From Alphaproteobacteria bacterium (lineage in GTDB: Bacteria; Pseudomonadota; Alphaproteobacteria; JAAXGF01), in contig CBDCME010000027.1 of the NCBI GenBank assembly GCA_965218865.1, positions 14,991 through 78,990 on the forward strand: a DNA stretch of 64,000 nt, given 5' to 3'. Shown here in pieces: positions 33,517 to 44,306 of the stretch. Under the pieces are notes generated by a model. That model had not been told where the DNA came from and searched no databases. It worked only from the letters and a program-made list of their open reading frames with translations. Position 1 is the first letter of the stretch. Each line of letters opens with the position of its first letter. The translations under genes and the position numbers were made by a program.

Positions 33517-34301
33517 ACAACAATATTCTGTTGGCAATCGACGCCGGCAACACGAACACGGTATTCGCGGCCTTCGAGGGCGACGAAATGCTCGGCCAGT
33601 GGCGAACCTCGACCGACGCCAATCGAACCGCAGACGAGTACGCGGTCTGGTTGGGTCAGCTGTTGAAACATGACGGGATAGACGCGAAACGCATCGGGCA
33701 GGTGATTATCGCTTCCGTTGTTCCGCAAACACTCTTTAGCCTACGCGCCCTTTGTCGCCGATACTACGGTTGCGTGCCCTGGGTGGTGGGCGACGCCGTC
33801 GAAATCGGGATCGATATATTGATAGATCGACCCGATGAAGTCGGGGCCGACCGGCTGGTCAACGCTGTCGGCGCTCATAGCCGTTATCCGGGCGCGTTGA
33901 TCGTGATCGATTTTGGAACCGCGACCACGTTCGATCTCGTGGACGAGGGCGGAGGTTACCGGGGAGGCGTCATCGCGCCGGGAATCAATCTATCGCTGGA
34001 AGCACTTCACAAGGCGGCGGCGCAACTTCCACGCATCGCCGTCGAACGGCCGAAAAACGTGATCGGCCGCTCAACGGTGCAAGCCATGCAATCAGGTGTT
34101 TACTGGGGCTACGTCGGCCTGTTGGAAGGGATGATCGCGCGCCTAAAGTCCGAAATCGGGAAACCGATGACCGTCATCGGAACCGGGGGCCTGGCATCGG
34201 TATTCCAGGAAGCGACCGATGTGATCGAGCATGTCGATCCCGACCTCACCATGCACGGCCTATTGGAAATCTATCGACGTCACACGAAAGGTGCCTCATG
34301 A
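33513..34301 (+). CDS. coaX: type III pantothenate kinase
   Basis: Shows [14 protein letters not shown] and an ASKHA fold. Confidence 0.85.
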   Translation: MNNNILLAIDAGNTNTVFAAFEGDEMLGQWRTSTDANRTADEYAVWLGQLLKHDGIDAKRIGQVIIASVVPQTLFSLRALCRRYYGCVPWVVGDAVEIGIDILIDRPDEVGADRLVNAVGAHSRYPGALIVIDFGTATTFDLVDEGGGYRGGVIAPGINLSLEALHKAAAQLPRIAVERPKNVIGRSTVQAMQSGVYWGYVGLLEGMIARLKSEIGKPMTVIGTGGLASVFQEATDVIEHVDPDLTMHGLLEIYRRHTKGAS

Positions 34302-35989
34302 CGGGGAACGGCAACCCCCTGTTGTTCCTGCCGCTGGGCGGCGCCGGCGAAATCGGCATGAATCTGAACCTCTACGGTTACGGCGGGAAATGGCTCATGG
34401 TCGATCTCGGCATCAGTTTCGCCGACGAGAGGTTGCCGGGTGTCGACATCATCATGCCCGATCCCGGATTCATCGTGGAACGGCGCGACGATCTGTTGGG
34501 CCTGGTGCTCACCCACGCCCACGAGGACCACCTGGGCGCGGTGCCATATCTTTGGCCCCGGCTCCGCTGTCCGGTTTACGCGACTCCCTTCTCGGCTGCC
34601 GTGCTGCGGCGAAAGTTGAACCGCGACGGGGCGGCCCCGGGGATCAACGACCTGGACCTCACCGAAATTCCCCTCTCTTCCAAATTTACTTTGGGTACGT
34701 TTGATATAGAGTTGATTTCATTGACACATTCCATACCAGAACCAAATGCGCTCGCGATCCGGACTCCCTTGGGAACGGTATTGCACACCGGCGATTGGAA
34801 GATCGACCCGGATCCGGTCGTCGGTGGCACGACCGACGAGGAGGCATTACGTCGTTATGGTGAGGAGGGAATTCTAGCGATTGTTTGCGATTCGACGAAT
34901 GTGTTCCAACCCGGCGTCTCCGGCTCGGAGGGCGAAGTACGGAAAAATTTGATCGAGATCGTGGGCAAATTCGATCGTTGCGTGGCCGTTTCTGGCTTCG
35001 CCTCGAACGTCGCCCGGATCGATACCGTCGCCGCCGCGGCGGAGGCGAACGGCCGCCAGGTGGCGGTCGCCGGCCGATCACTTTGGCGTATCATCGAAGC
35101 GGCCCGGGAAACGGGCTATATCGATTCGGATCGAAAATTTCTTAACGACCGGGAGGCGATCGCGCTGCCGAGGGATCAGGTGCTCTACCTATGCACCGGG
35201 TCGCAGGGAGAACCGAACGCCGCCCTCGCGAGGATCGCCAGCGATAGCCACCCCCATATCAGCCTTGAACGGGGTGACGCGGTCATTTTTTCCTCGAAAA
35301 TCATTCCCGGCAACGAAACGGCGATCAACCGGCTGCACAATCTTTTCGTCTACAAGGGGGTCGAGGTCGTGACCGAGGATGATCACTTCGTCCACGTATC
35401 CGGTCACCCGTGCCGCGACGAGCTGGCCCGCATGTACCAATGGATTCGGCCCCAAATCGCCGTCCCCGTTCACGGCGAGGCCCGCCACCTCATCGAACAC
35501 GCGCGTCTCGCCGGAGAACTGCAAGTTCCACAACCTGTCGTGGTTGAGAATGGGGACCTCTTGCGCCTGGCGCCGGGTTCGCCCGAGATCGTCGACCAAG
35601 TCCCGTTCGGGAGGTTGATGGCCGATGGGAATGCCGTCGTCAACGTGGCCAGCCCCGTCATGCAGATGCGCCGCCGCCTGATGCACAACGGCGCCGCCTT
35701 CGTTTCCGTGATTGTCGATGCCAAGGGACGGCTGAGCGCCGAGCCGCAGATCACGGCCCAGGGATTGTTCCACGACAACGAGCCCGGGAATAACCGCGAG
35801 TGTGCGTTGGCGCGGGCGGTGGAAGCCGTTCGTGTGGCCTTTTCCGGACTTAGCGAACGTGACCGAAAGGACGACAAAAAAGCCCGTGAAGCGGTTCGCC
35901 TATCCGTATTGAGGTCGCTCAAGGGCAGTCGGGGGAAACGTCCGTTCGTGGAGGTTCAGATCGTCCGCCTGAGGGCGGGGGTGTCGTGA
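34298..35989 (+). CDS. rnj: ribonuclease J
   Basis: Beta-lactamase-fold HAHEDH motif plus a beta-CASP domain. Confidence 0.85.
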   Translation: MTGNGNPLLFLPLGGAGEIGMNLNLYGYGGKWLMVDLGISFADERLPGVDIIMPDPGFIVERRDDLLGLVLTHAHEDHLGAVPYLWPRLRCPVYATPFSAAVLRRKLNRDGAAPGINDLDLTEIPLSSKFTLGTFDIELISLTHSIPEPNALAIRTPLGTVLHTGDWKIDPDPVVGGTTDEEALRRYGEEGILAIVCDSTNVFQPGVSGSEGEVRKNLIEIVGKFDRCVAVSGFASNVARIDTVAAAAEANGRQVAVAGRSLWRIIEAARETGYIDSDRKFLNDREAIALPRDQVLYLCTGSQGEPNAALARIASDSHPHISLERGDAVIFSSKIIPGNETAINRLHNLFVYKGVEVVTEDDHFVHVSGHPCRDELARMYQWIRPQIAVPVHGEARHLIEHARLAGELQVPQPVVVENGDLLRLAPGSPEIVDQVPFGRLMADGNAVVNVASPVMQMRRRLMHNGAAFVSVIVDAKGRLSAEPQITAQGLFHDNEPGNNRECALARAVEAVRVAFSGLSERDRKDDKKAREAVRLSVLRSLKGSRGKRPFVEVQIVRLRAGVS

Positions 35990-36390
35990 TTGGCCGGCTC
36001 AACCATATTGCGATCGTGGTCGCCGATTTACAGGCCGCGCGAAGAATGTACCGGGATCTCTTCGGGGCCGAGGTTTCCGATCCCGTGGACATGCCCGAGC
36101 ACGGTGTGACGACGGTATTCGTCGAATTGCAAAATACCCGGATAGAGCTGTTGGCTCCCCTCGACGAAGGCTCGCCGGTGGCCAAGTTTCTGGCTCGCAA
36201 TCCCGCCGGCGGGATGCACCATGTCTGCTTCGAGGTCGACGACATCGCCGCCGCCCGCGACCGCATTACGGCCGAGGGTCACCGGGTCCTTGGCGGCGGA
36301 GAGCCGGCCATCGGCGCCCACGGAAAGCCGGTGCTGTTTCTTCACCCGAAGGATTTTCACGGCACCTTGATCGAATTGGAGCAGGCCTAA
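35986..36390 (+). CDS. mce: methylmalonyl-CoA epimerase (VOC/glyoxalase family)
   Basis: 134-aa VOC-fold protein; typical positional partner of rnj. Confidence 0.7.
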   Translation: MIGRLNHIAIVVADLQAARRMYRDLFGAEVSDPVDMPEHGVTTVFVELQNTRIELLAPLDEGSPVAKFLARNPAGGMHHVCFEVDDIAAARDRITAEGHRVLGGGEPAIGAHGKPVLFLHPKDFHGTLIELEQA

Positions 36391-36430
36391 AAACGGGCCG
36401 TTCCCTTGGCGGTTGGGGTGATCATCGCAA

Positions 36431-37870
36431 TTAGGTCAGGGATGAAATTGCAGGTCTGTTTCCGCAGTGATCGAGCCATGGCTTGACTCTTTCATAGGCC
36501 GCCGCGGCGCGGAAAACACTGAGATCGTCGTAGGGACGACCCACGATCTGAAGACCGGTCGGGACGCCTGAGGAGGCAAAACCGCTCGGCACCGCGGCGA
36601 CGGGACACTGAGCCAACATGTTGAAGGGGTAGGTCAGGGCCCATTGGATTTCAGCCGCTAGTCGTTTGCCGTTGATCTCGACAGACAAATCCAGTGGCGA
36701 TTGCGTCGCGGGCAGCGACGGAAGCGCCAGGGTCGGGCAGAGCAGGAGATCGTATTTCCGGAAGATTGCCCCCAGGCGGGCGTACATCTCGCCTTGGACG
36801 GCATTCGCCCGGTAAAGGTCGATCGCCTTGATTTCGAGACCGTCCTCGGCGACAACGCGGGCGTAGTCCGACATTTCACCTCGCCAGCGAGGCAAATATT
36901 TCCCGATGACGGCCGCGAAACCCGCCACCCCATGGGTGAGAAAAGCGGACAACGAGGCCGAGGTCCAGCCGACGGCCACTTCCTCGACCTTGCATCCGAG
37001 ATCACGGAAACCATCGACGGCCGCCCGGGTATTCGCTTGAACCTCCGGATCGACCTCGAAGTACCCGAGATCGATCGAGAACGCGACCTTCAACCCTCTT
37101 ATCCCGGGGAATCTTTCGGGAATCATCGGTCGCTTCGCAAGAGACACGATGTCGCCCGGGTGCTGTCCCGACATGACGTTGAGCATCAACACGGCGTCCG
37201 ACACCGTACGGGTCATCGGACCCTGATGTCCGTAAACGTCGAGATTTCTGGGGGCAATTCGCGGGACCCGTCCGAAGGGAGGTTTGTAGCCAAAAATACC
37301 GCACGCCGACGCGGGAATTCGGATGGAGCCACCGTAATCGGAACCGTCCGCGAGCGTCGTCATGCCCGCCGCGAGCGCAGCCCCGGCGCCTCCGGAGGAG
37401 CCCCCGGGGCTGAAGTCGAGGTTCCAGGGGTTCCGCGTCACGCCCCATAGGGGGCTGTGGCATATCGTGGCCGCGCCGAACTCCGGGGTGGCGGTCCGCG
37501 CCAACAAGATCGCGCCGGCCCCGAGTAGGCGCGTCACCGACGGGTCGGAAACGGTGTCCACGTTGTCGGCAAATATTCTCGAACCATAAGTCGTGACCTC
37601 GCCTTTTATCGGATGGAGGTCCTTGATCGCGACGGGCACCCCCTCCAAGCGACCCCGGCGGGCGCCTTTTCGCGCGTACTTGGCCTCGGATTTTCTGGCC
37701 TGTTCGAGCGCCCGCTCGAAGTGAGCCGTCGTAAAGGCGTTGATCGTTGGGTTCAGCGATTCCGCCCGGGCGACGATCGCCGTCATCAATTCGAGCGGCG
37801 ACAGGGTTCGGGCCTTGAAACGCGCGATCGCCTGGGTGGCCGAAAGGTAGCAAAGATCTTGCTCGGACAT
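36431..37870 (-). CDS. amidase-signature family amidase
   Basis: GGSSGGAGAALAAGM motif. Start chosen at MSEQDL; the ORF extends 51 codons further upstream. Confidence 0.75.
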   Translation of the reverse strand: MSEQDLCYLSATQAIARFKARTLSPLELMTAIVARAESLNPTINAFTTAHFERALEQARKSEAKYARKGARRGRLEGVPVAIKDLHPIKGEVTTYGSRIFADNVDTVSDPSVTRLLGAGAILLARTATPEFGAATICHSPLWGVTRNPWNLDFSPGGSSGGAGAALAAGMTTLADGSDYGGSIRIPASACGIFGYKPPFGRVPRIAPRNLDVYGHQGPMTRTVSDAVLMLNVMSGQHPGDIVSLAKRPMIPERFPGIRGLKVAFSIDLGYFEVDPEVQANTRAAVDGFRDLGCKVEEVAVGWTSASLSAFLTHGVAGFAAVIGKYLPRWRGEMSDYARVVAEDGLEIKAIDLYRANAVQGEMYARLGAIFRKYDLLLCPTLALPSLPATQSPLDLSVEINGKRLAAEIQWALTYPFNMLAQCPVAAVPSGFASSGVPTGLQIVGRPYDDLSVFRAAAAYERVKPWLDHCGNRPAISSLT

Positions 37871-38026
37871 TTCGAGGGTTCCTCGCGGCGACAATCTGGA
37901 CGGTTTGGCCAAGGGCCGACCGGAGAAATTAGTCACGACCGGCAATCGCGCGCAATCGCGGAATCGCCATTCGACACGTACTTTGCTCGCCGCCGCATTG
38001 ATCTCGTAAGCAAGCTGGGCCACTTT

Positions 38027-39256
38027 ATGAGTCCAAGAATTCCTGGAGCGCTCATGGGCCCGAAGTATCTATTACTCGTTTGTCTTATCGCGATCGCCGT
38101 TGTTTCCACCGTTCGTCCAGGAACAACGGCGGAATCCTGCGTGCCGGTCGGAACCTGGGTCGAACCCGCGAGCGGACAACACCTGACCCATCCCGCCATG
38201 ATCTCGCGCCTCGCCAACGGGGGCGTCGTCTTGCTCGGCGAAGCCCACAACCGGGCCGATCACCACCGCTGGCAGCTGCAGACGATTGCATCGCTTTACG
38301 GGCACCGGAGCGACCTGGTCATGGCCTTCGAGATGTTTCCCAGGCGGGTGCAGCCTGTGCTGGAAAAATGGGTCGACGGGCAATTCGGAGCAGAGGAGTT
38401 CCTCACCGAGGTCAGTTGGAACCGGACCTGGGGAATCGACCCGGCCCTTTACATGCCGTTACTCGATTTCGCCGCCATGAACCGGGTTCGAACCATCGCC
38501 CTGAACATCGATTCGAAATTGGTGAAGCGCGTCGGGGAGGAGGGGTGGCAAGCCATTCCCCCGGACGACCGGGAGGGTATATCCAACCCCTTGCCGGCCA
38601 CCGACGCCTACCGAGCACAGTTGAAAAAGGTTTATCTCCAGCACCTCGACGACGATCACCCGGCAACAAACGATCCCGACAAGCTCGGCCCGGACGATCC
38701 TGAATTTCTCAGGTTCGTCGAAGCCCAACTGCTCTGGGACCGGGCTTTCGCCGAGGCGATCGTCGAAACTCAATCGGGTGCCGATTCGCCCCTCGTCGTC
38801 GCCATCATCGGGATGAGCCACCTCGAGCATGGCTACGGCGTCCCAAGGCAACTCGCGAGTTTAGGCGTTGAAGACCCTCTCGTCCTGTTGCCATGGGACG
38901 TGAACAGGGATTGCGCGGATCTGTCCCCCGATCTGGCGAGCGCCATATTCGGGGTTAGGCCTCCGAAACAAGCGTCGAGCCATGGAGCTACCGGCTCCAA
39001 GCCCCGTCTCGGCGTGTATATCGAAGACGGCGATGGCGGCGTGCTGGTGACGAACGTGGCGGAGGGGAGCGTCGCCGAGGCCGCCGACGTCCGGGCCAAG
39101 GACGTGATCGTGAAAGCCGCCGGCGTGACGGTAGCGCGGACCTCGAAGCTGATCACCGTCGTCCACCGACAGGCCCCCGGAACCTGGTTGCCGCTTTTAA
39201 TCAGGAGACAACAACAAGATATTGAAATTATAGCAAAGTTCCCCGCACACCAATGA
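38027..39256 (+). CDS. ChaN-family (Tiki/TraB superfamily) exported protein with a C-terminal PDZ domain
   Basis: Signal peptide, the GEAHNRADHHRWQ motif and a PDZ-like C-terminus. Confidence 0.6.
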   Translation: MSPRIPGALMGPKYLLLVCLIAIAVVSTVRPGTTAESCVPVGTWVEPASGQHLTHPAMISRLANGGVVLLGEAHNRADHHRWQLQTIASLYGHRSDLVMAFEMFPRRVQPVLEKWVDGQFGAEEFLTEVSWNRTWGIDPALYMPLLDFAAMNRVRTIALNIDSKLVKRVGEEGWQAIPPDDREGISNPLPATDAYRAQLKKVYLQHLDDDHPATNDPDKLGPDDPEFLRFVEAQLLWDRAFAEAIVETQSGADSPLVVAIIGMSHLEHGYGVPRQLASLGVEDPLVLLPWDVNRDCADLSPDLASAIFGVRPPKQASSHGATGSKPRLGVYIEDGDGGVLVTNVAEGSVAEAADVRAKDVIVKAAGVTVARTSKLITVVHRQAPGTWLPLLIRRQQQDIEIIAKFPAHQ

Positions 39257-41226
39257 TCGCGCGGAGCCTATTTCTGGGCCTTCTCCTGGTCTTCTTCCAG
39301 ACACCACCGGCCGGGGCGGAGGTTACCGAACTGCACCATGACATCGAGCTGGCACTCGATCCCGAGGCCCGTACCCTTGCCGCCGTCGACTGTATTCGCT
39401 TCGCCGCCCGGGGCCGGGTCGCGTTTGCGCTCGGTCCCCAATTCATACTCGAGCGCCTGAGTGTCGATGGCAATGAGCTGTCCGTGGATTCGCGGGCGGG
39501 AAGATGGGAACTCGACCTTCGAGATGGCCCCGACCACACCCTCGCGGTCCATTACAAAGGTAAGCTGGCGCCCCTGGACGCGGACTCGGCGCCGACGGGT
39601 CCGCGACGAGCCGTCGCAGGCCGCGAGGGGAGTTTCCTGCCGCCCAGCGCGGGCTGGTATCCGCTCATGGACAGCGACCGCTTCACCTATCGGATCAAAA
39701 TTCGGGTTCCCGCCGACCAACGGGTCGTGACGCCGGGCGCGCTGAGCGATGAGGTCGCGGGCGAGGACGCCTATCGGGTTCGTTTTACGCAGAATCTTCC
39801 CAGCGAGGACATCGTTCTTGTTGGCGGACCATTCGAAATCACCGAAATACGGCACGGTGGTATCCGCATGCGGGCCTATTTCCATCCCGAGGTTGCAAAT
39901 TTGGCCGATGATTATCTCACCAAAACAACGGAATATCTCGACCTCTACGAGAACTGGATCGGTGCCTATCCGTTCCCCGCCTTCCATATCGTTTCAGGTC
40001 CGTTACCGGTCGGCCTGGGATTCGTCAACATCACCTATATCGGGACCCGTGTTCTTCGCTTGCCATTCATTCGCGACACCTCGCTCGGTCACGAAGTATT
40101 GCATAACTGGTGGGGAAACGGCGTCGCCATCGATTGGCGAAAGGGTAATTGGGCCGAGGGATTGACGACATTCATGGCCGATTACACTTACCGCGCGCGG
40201 CAGGGTGACGCGGCCGCTCGCGAGCAACGCCTTGCTTGGCTCCGCGATTTCGCCGCCCTGACCGAAAACCGCGATCAGGCGGTCCGCGACTTCGTCGCTC
40301 GGCGGCACGGAGCCTCACAGGTCACCGGGTACAACAAGGTCGCGTTCATATTCTTGATGTTGCGCGACGAGATCGGGGTGGCGGCGTTCGACGCCGCGAT
40401 TCAAGCGTTTTGGCGGGAATTTCGTTTTCGGAACGCAAGTTGGTCCGATCTCGAAGAGGTATTCGAAGAACAGGCGGGACGGGCCCTCGAAGGCTTTTTC
40501 GAGCAGTGGCTGGACCGCAAAGGAGCGCCTGAACTTGCGATCGCGAAAGTCGTCCGGAACGGTCATCGGGTCTCGTTCAAGCTTTCCCAATCGGAACCGG
40601 TCTATGATTTGAGCGTTCCGGTGGTGGTGACGACGGAAAAAGGGATCGAGCGTCAGCGAATCCGCTTGAACGCACTTGAAATGCCCGTATCAATCGACTC
40701 CACGGAAAGACCCATCGGGCTTTCCGTCGATCCCGATTTCGAGTTATTTCGGCGACTCGCCCGGGCGGAAAGTCCGCCAATCCTGCGCCAAGCGATGTTG
40801 GACCCCTCGACGGTAACGATTTTGGCCTGGGATACGTCGGATGCCCAGGAGACGGCTCGCGCCTTGGCCGGCCGGATGCTCGACCTGGGCCGGGTCCATG
40901 AAGGTTTGGCGGGGATAACTCCGCGGACACCCTTGCTGATCATCGGATCTCGGGACGAAATCAGCCGTAAATTTGAGGAACTGGATTTGCCGCCGGTTCC
41001 AGTCGATCTCGCTGGACGCGGAAGCGCCGCCGCCTGGGCCGGGCGGAGCAAATCGGGACGGTCGTTTATCGCCGTCATGGCCAGCGACGCCGAGGCGTTG
41101 TCGGCGCTACTGCGGCCGCTGCCCCATTATGGACGGCGGAGTTATGTTGTCTTCGACGGCTCGCAAGCCATCGAACGTGGAATCTGGCCCTCGGGGGAAA
41201 GCCCCCTTACGGTGCGATTCCCCTGA
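39253..41226 (+). CDS. M1-family (gluzincin) metallopeptidase-like exported protein
   Basis: Signal peptide and an HEVLHNWWGN..E zinc motif. No GAMEN exopeptidase motif was found. Translationally coupled to the ChaN-PDZ gene. Confidence 0.6.
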   Translation: MIARSLFLGLLLVFFQTPPAGAEVTELHHDIELALDPEARTLAAVDCIRFAARGRVAFALGPQFILERLSVDGNELSVDSRAGRWELDLRDGPDHTLAVHYKGKLAPLDADSAPTGPRRAVAGREGSFLPPSAGWYPLMDSDRFTYRIKIRVPADQRVVTPGALSDEVAGEDAYRVRFTQNLPSEDIVLVGGPFEITEIRHGGIRMRAYFHPEVANLADDYLTKTTEYLDLYENWIGAYPFPAFHIVSGPLPVGLGFVNITYIGTRVLRLPFIRDTSLGHEVLHNWWGNGVAIDWRKGNWAEGLTTFMADYTYRARQGDAAAREQRLAWLRDFAALTENRDQAVRDFVARRHGASQVTGYNKVAFIFLMLRDEIGVAAFDAAIQAFWREFRFRNASWSDLEEVFEEQAGRALEGFFEQWLDRKGAPELAIAKVVRNGHRVSFKLSQSEPVYDLSVPVVVTTEKGIERQRIRLNALEMPVSIDSTERPIGLSVDPDFELFRRLARAESPPILRQAMLDPSTVTILAWDTSDAQETARALAGRMLDLGRVHEGLAGITPRTPLLIIGSRDEISRKFEELDLPPVPVDLAGRGSAAAWAGRSKSGRSFIAVMASDAEALSALLRPLPHYGRRSYVVFDGSQAIERGIWPSGESPLTVRFP

Positions 41227-41503
41227 TCGAGTTCGGCCTGAAATCGACTCTTTCGGGGCCTGAAAACAATCGAGATTGAGAGTCATCCGATCACTTGTTA
41301 GATTTGCGGCCGAAGGACGCCTGCCATGACTTTGCGATAGTCCTTGGATATCGTCTCTCCCGTTCACCACGTCCTGGACACACCGAGTAGAGCGAAAAAT
41401 CGATTTTCGTTTGGTGACCAGGAAGGGTAGGGGCCCCGCAATCGAGATGCTTCCGAGAACGATGCAGGACGACCGAAACACCGATGTATGATGAGGTATT
41501 GCC

Positions 41504-41848
41504 ATGTTTAGCGCCGTCAAACCTTTGCTCGCCTTTGCGTGCGTAATTCTGTTCACGGCCGCCGCCTCGGCGGAAACGCACGTGATCGAGGTCAATTCAA
41601 AGTCCAGGATGTATTCGCCCAACCGACTTCATGTTTTCCCGGGCGACGAAATCGAATTTCGCAATGTCGGTCAAAATGCGGAAACCGTCACGTTGAAGGG
41701 CTTCCCGGAAATTCTCGATGCTCAGATCGATCCCGGCGGCACACATACGTTGAAATTCGAGGATTCCTTTCAGCCGGGTCGATACCATTTTTATTCCCCG
41801 TCCGAATCCATGTACAAGGGCATCCTTCTGGTCAACCCCACGAGGTAG
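41504..41848 (+). CDS. small exported protein of 114 aa, possibly cupredoxin-like
   Basis: Signal peptide ending AASA. Plastocyanin-like spacing of GD..F.N and H, but no cysteine in the mature part. Confidence 0.45.
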   Translation: MFSAVKPLLAFACVILFTAAASAETHVIEVNSKSRMYSPNRLHVFPGDEIEFRNVGQNAETVTLKGFPEILDAQIDPGGTHTLKFEDSFQPGRYHFYSPSESMYKGILLVNPTR

Positions 41849-41882
41849 TTCCTTTCAAGGTGTCGTACTCGGTTCTCCGGCT

Positions 41883-43022
41883 CTAGAGCCGTCCTTTCCA
41901 TTCGCCGCCACGGCCGATCCAGTGACGGCGTGCCGAATTCATGGTCATGGCGACGAAAAACGCGGCGGCGACGGGAAGGAGAAACGCCGAAACGCGCCAC
42001 CGGCGGTAAAACGCCAGGGTGGGCATGTACGCGGCGGCCATGAATAACCAGACGGCCCCGCCGAGACACACGTGCCCGAGACGTCCGGAAGCAATCCCGG
42101 CCAGGGCGAAAACGGGACCCACCCAATAGGTCAGCGCCATCCCGAGGACGGTGCCCGCGAGCAAGAACGGCGAGTGCCGCAGTTGAGTGTAGGCTGTCCG
42201 GGCGACCATCGACCAAACATTCGCCAAGCCCGAATAGGGACGCAGGCTGCGTGTCGTTCTCGCGAGGCCGATCCAGAGGCGGCATCCGTGTCCGATTTTC
42301 AGGCTCCGGGCAAGGGCGCAATCGTCGATCAAGGCGCCGCGAATCGCCGCCAACCCTCCGGCGCCCAGGAGCGCCGACTTGCGGACCAGCATGCATCCGC
42401 CCGCCGCCGCCGCGATTCGACTCGCCGGGTCGTTGACAAGGGGAAACGGATACAGTTTTTGGAAAAAGAAAACGAACGCGGGGATGAGGAGACTTGGCCA
42501 AAATCCCTGGCTGTCGAGCCGTACCATCAACGAAACCAGATCAAGCCGCTCCGCGACCGCCTTGGCGGTCAAACGGCGAAGGTTGTCGCGGGGATGTTCG
42601 ACGTCGGCGTCGGTGAACCACAGGAACTCGGGGGTATTTTCGAGGCCGTGACGAACACCGTGTTCGAGGGCCCAGGGTTTGCCGCGCCACCCGTTCGGAG
42701 GCGCTGTCCCCTCGATCACCGTCAAGCGATGGCGCGAGGCCAACGCGGCCGCCGCTCGCGCCAGCTCGGCGGTGCCGTCATGACTGCCGTCGTCGACGAC
42801 CACGACGTCAAATTTGCCCGGATAATCCTGGCCCAGCAGCGACGCCAGGGACTCGGCGATGCAGGCCGCTTCGTTCCGCGCCGGAACCACGGCGGTGACA
42901 CGGGGCCATTTCGCCGGGGCGGGGAAATTCGGGCCCAGGAACGGTGCCGCGCGCCAGAATCCTCCGCGGAGGAAAAGCAGATCGAGCCAAATCGTCAGCG
43001 CGAGACAAAGAGTCAACGTCAT
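41883..43022 (-). CDS. family-2 glycosyltransferase, HpnB-like
   Basis: VVPARNE...DVVVVDDGSHDGT, followed by LIPAFVFFFQKLYPF..AAAAGGCMLVR..IRGALIDDCALA. Transmembrane segments at both ends. Confidence 0.65.
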   Translation of the reverse strand: MTLTLCLALTIWLDLLFLRGGFWRAAPFLGPNFPAPAKWPRVTAVVPARNEAACIAESLASLLGQDYPGKFDVVVVDDGSHDGTAELARAAAALASRHRLTVIEGTAPPNGWRGKPWALEHGVRHGLENTPEFLWFTDADVEHPRDNLRRLTAKAVAERLDLVSLMVRLDSQGFWPSLLIPAFVFFFQKLYPFPLVNDPASRIAAAAGGCMLVRKSALLGAGGLAAIRGALIDDCALARSLKIGHGCRLWIGLARTTRSLRPYSGLANVWSMVARTAYTQLRHSPFLLAGTVLGMALTYWVGPVFALAGIASGRLGHVCLGGAVWLFMAAAYMPTLAFYRRWRVSAFLLPVAAAFFVAMTMNSARRHWIGRGGEWKGRL

Positions 43023-43128
43023 CGGTGCGGAATTTCTTGATTAGTTTTCGCCCCTTCGGCAAGCTTGAGGCGGTCGCATACCCTGCCAATGATAACTATC
43101 GCCCTCCTTCAACGGGAAATATCGCTCT

Positions 43129-44292
43129 TTGTCGATGCTGGCGGATAGCGACGTGTTCGTGGAATCGTCCTCAGACGACCCCATACTCTTGACCCCGGGG
43201 CCCCTGGCGACGTCGCCGGCGACCAAGCGGGCCATGATGCACGACTGGGGTTCGCGCGATCGCGAAGTCGTCTCGATGACCGCGCGCGCGCGCGCGCGTC
43301 TGTTGGCCCTGGCCGGGGCCACCGAAAATCATGTTTGCGTCCCGCTGCAAGGGAGCGGAACCTTCGCGATCGAAGCGGCGATCGGGACCCTGGTGCCGCG
43401 CGGCGGCAAGCTCCTGGTTCCGGTCAACGGCGCCTACGGACAGCGTATGGTGCGGATCGCCGAGGTCTTGGGGCTGGCCCACGTGGCGACGACGACACCC
43501 GAAAACTTGGCCCTCGATCCGGAGCACGTCGGCGCCGTTCTCGATTCGGATCCGGCGATCGGCGACGTGGCCGCGGTCCATTGCGAAACCAGCAGCGGGG
43601 TTTTGAATCCGGTGGCCGAGATCGCGCGTCTCGTCGACAAACGCGGAAAGCGGTTGTTGGTCGACGCGATGAGCGCCTTCGGGGCCATCCCTCTCGACGC
43701 GGCCGAGGTTCCCTTCGATTCCATGGTGTCCTCGTCGAGCAAGTGTCTCGAGGGCGTGCCCGGCCTGGCCTTCGTCATCGCGCGACGCGATTCATTGGCG
43801 AAGCGCGGCGGAAACGCGCGTTCGCTCAGTCTCGACCTCCATGATCAGTGGCGCACTCTCGAACGCACGGGCGAGTGGCGGTTTACGCCGCCGACCCAGG
43901 TATTGGCGGCCCTCGACCAGGCCTTGACCGAGTTGGACGAGGAGGGCGGTATCGCCGCCCGCGGCGGGCGTTACCGGAGGAACCGCGATCGCTTGGTAAA
44001 AGGCATGCGCGAAATGGGATTCGCAACCCTCCTTGCGGATGACGTCCAGGCGCCGATCATCGTTACTTTCCTCGCGCCCGCCGATCCGAACTGGCGATTC
44101 GAGACTTTCTTCGCCGGATTACGGCGGCGAAACTACGTCATTTATCCCGGCAAACTGACGGCGGCGGAGAGTTTCCGCGTCGGCTGCATCGGTCATCTCG
44201 GCAACGACGCGATTCCGGGCCTGATCGAGGCTGTCCGGGCGACAATCGATGAAATGGGTCTTGTCAATCGCGGTCCGGCGCCGGGCCAATGA
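43129..44292 (+). CDS. phnW: class-V aminotransferase, PhnW-like (2-aminoethylphosphonate--pyruvate transaminase)
   Basis: N-terminal LLTPGPLATSPATKRAMMHDWGSRD signature. Confidence 0.6.
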   Translation: MSMLADSDVFVESSSDDPILLTPGPLATSPATKRAMMHDWGSRDREVVSMTARARARLLALAGATENHVCVPLQGSGTFAIEAAIGTLVPRGGKLLVPVNGAYGQRMVRIAEVLGLAHVATTTPENLALDPEHVGAVLDSDPAIGDVAAVHCETSSGVLNPVAEIARLVDKRGKRLLVDAMSAFGAIPLDAAEVPFDSMVSSSSKCLEGVPGLAFVIARRDSLAKRGGNARSLSLDLHDQWRTLERTGEWRFTPPTQVLAALDQALTELDEEGGIAARGGRYRRNRDRLVKGMREMGFATLLADDVQAPIIVTFLAPADPNWRFETFFAGLRRRNYVIYPGKLTAAESFRVGCIGHLGNDAIPGLIEAVRATIDEMGLVNRGPAPGQ

Positions 44293-44306
44293 TCAACGGC
44301 AATCGA

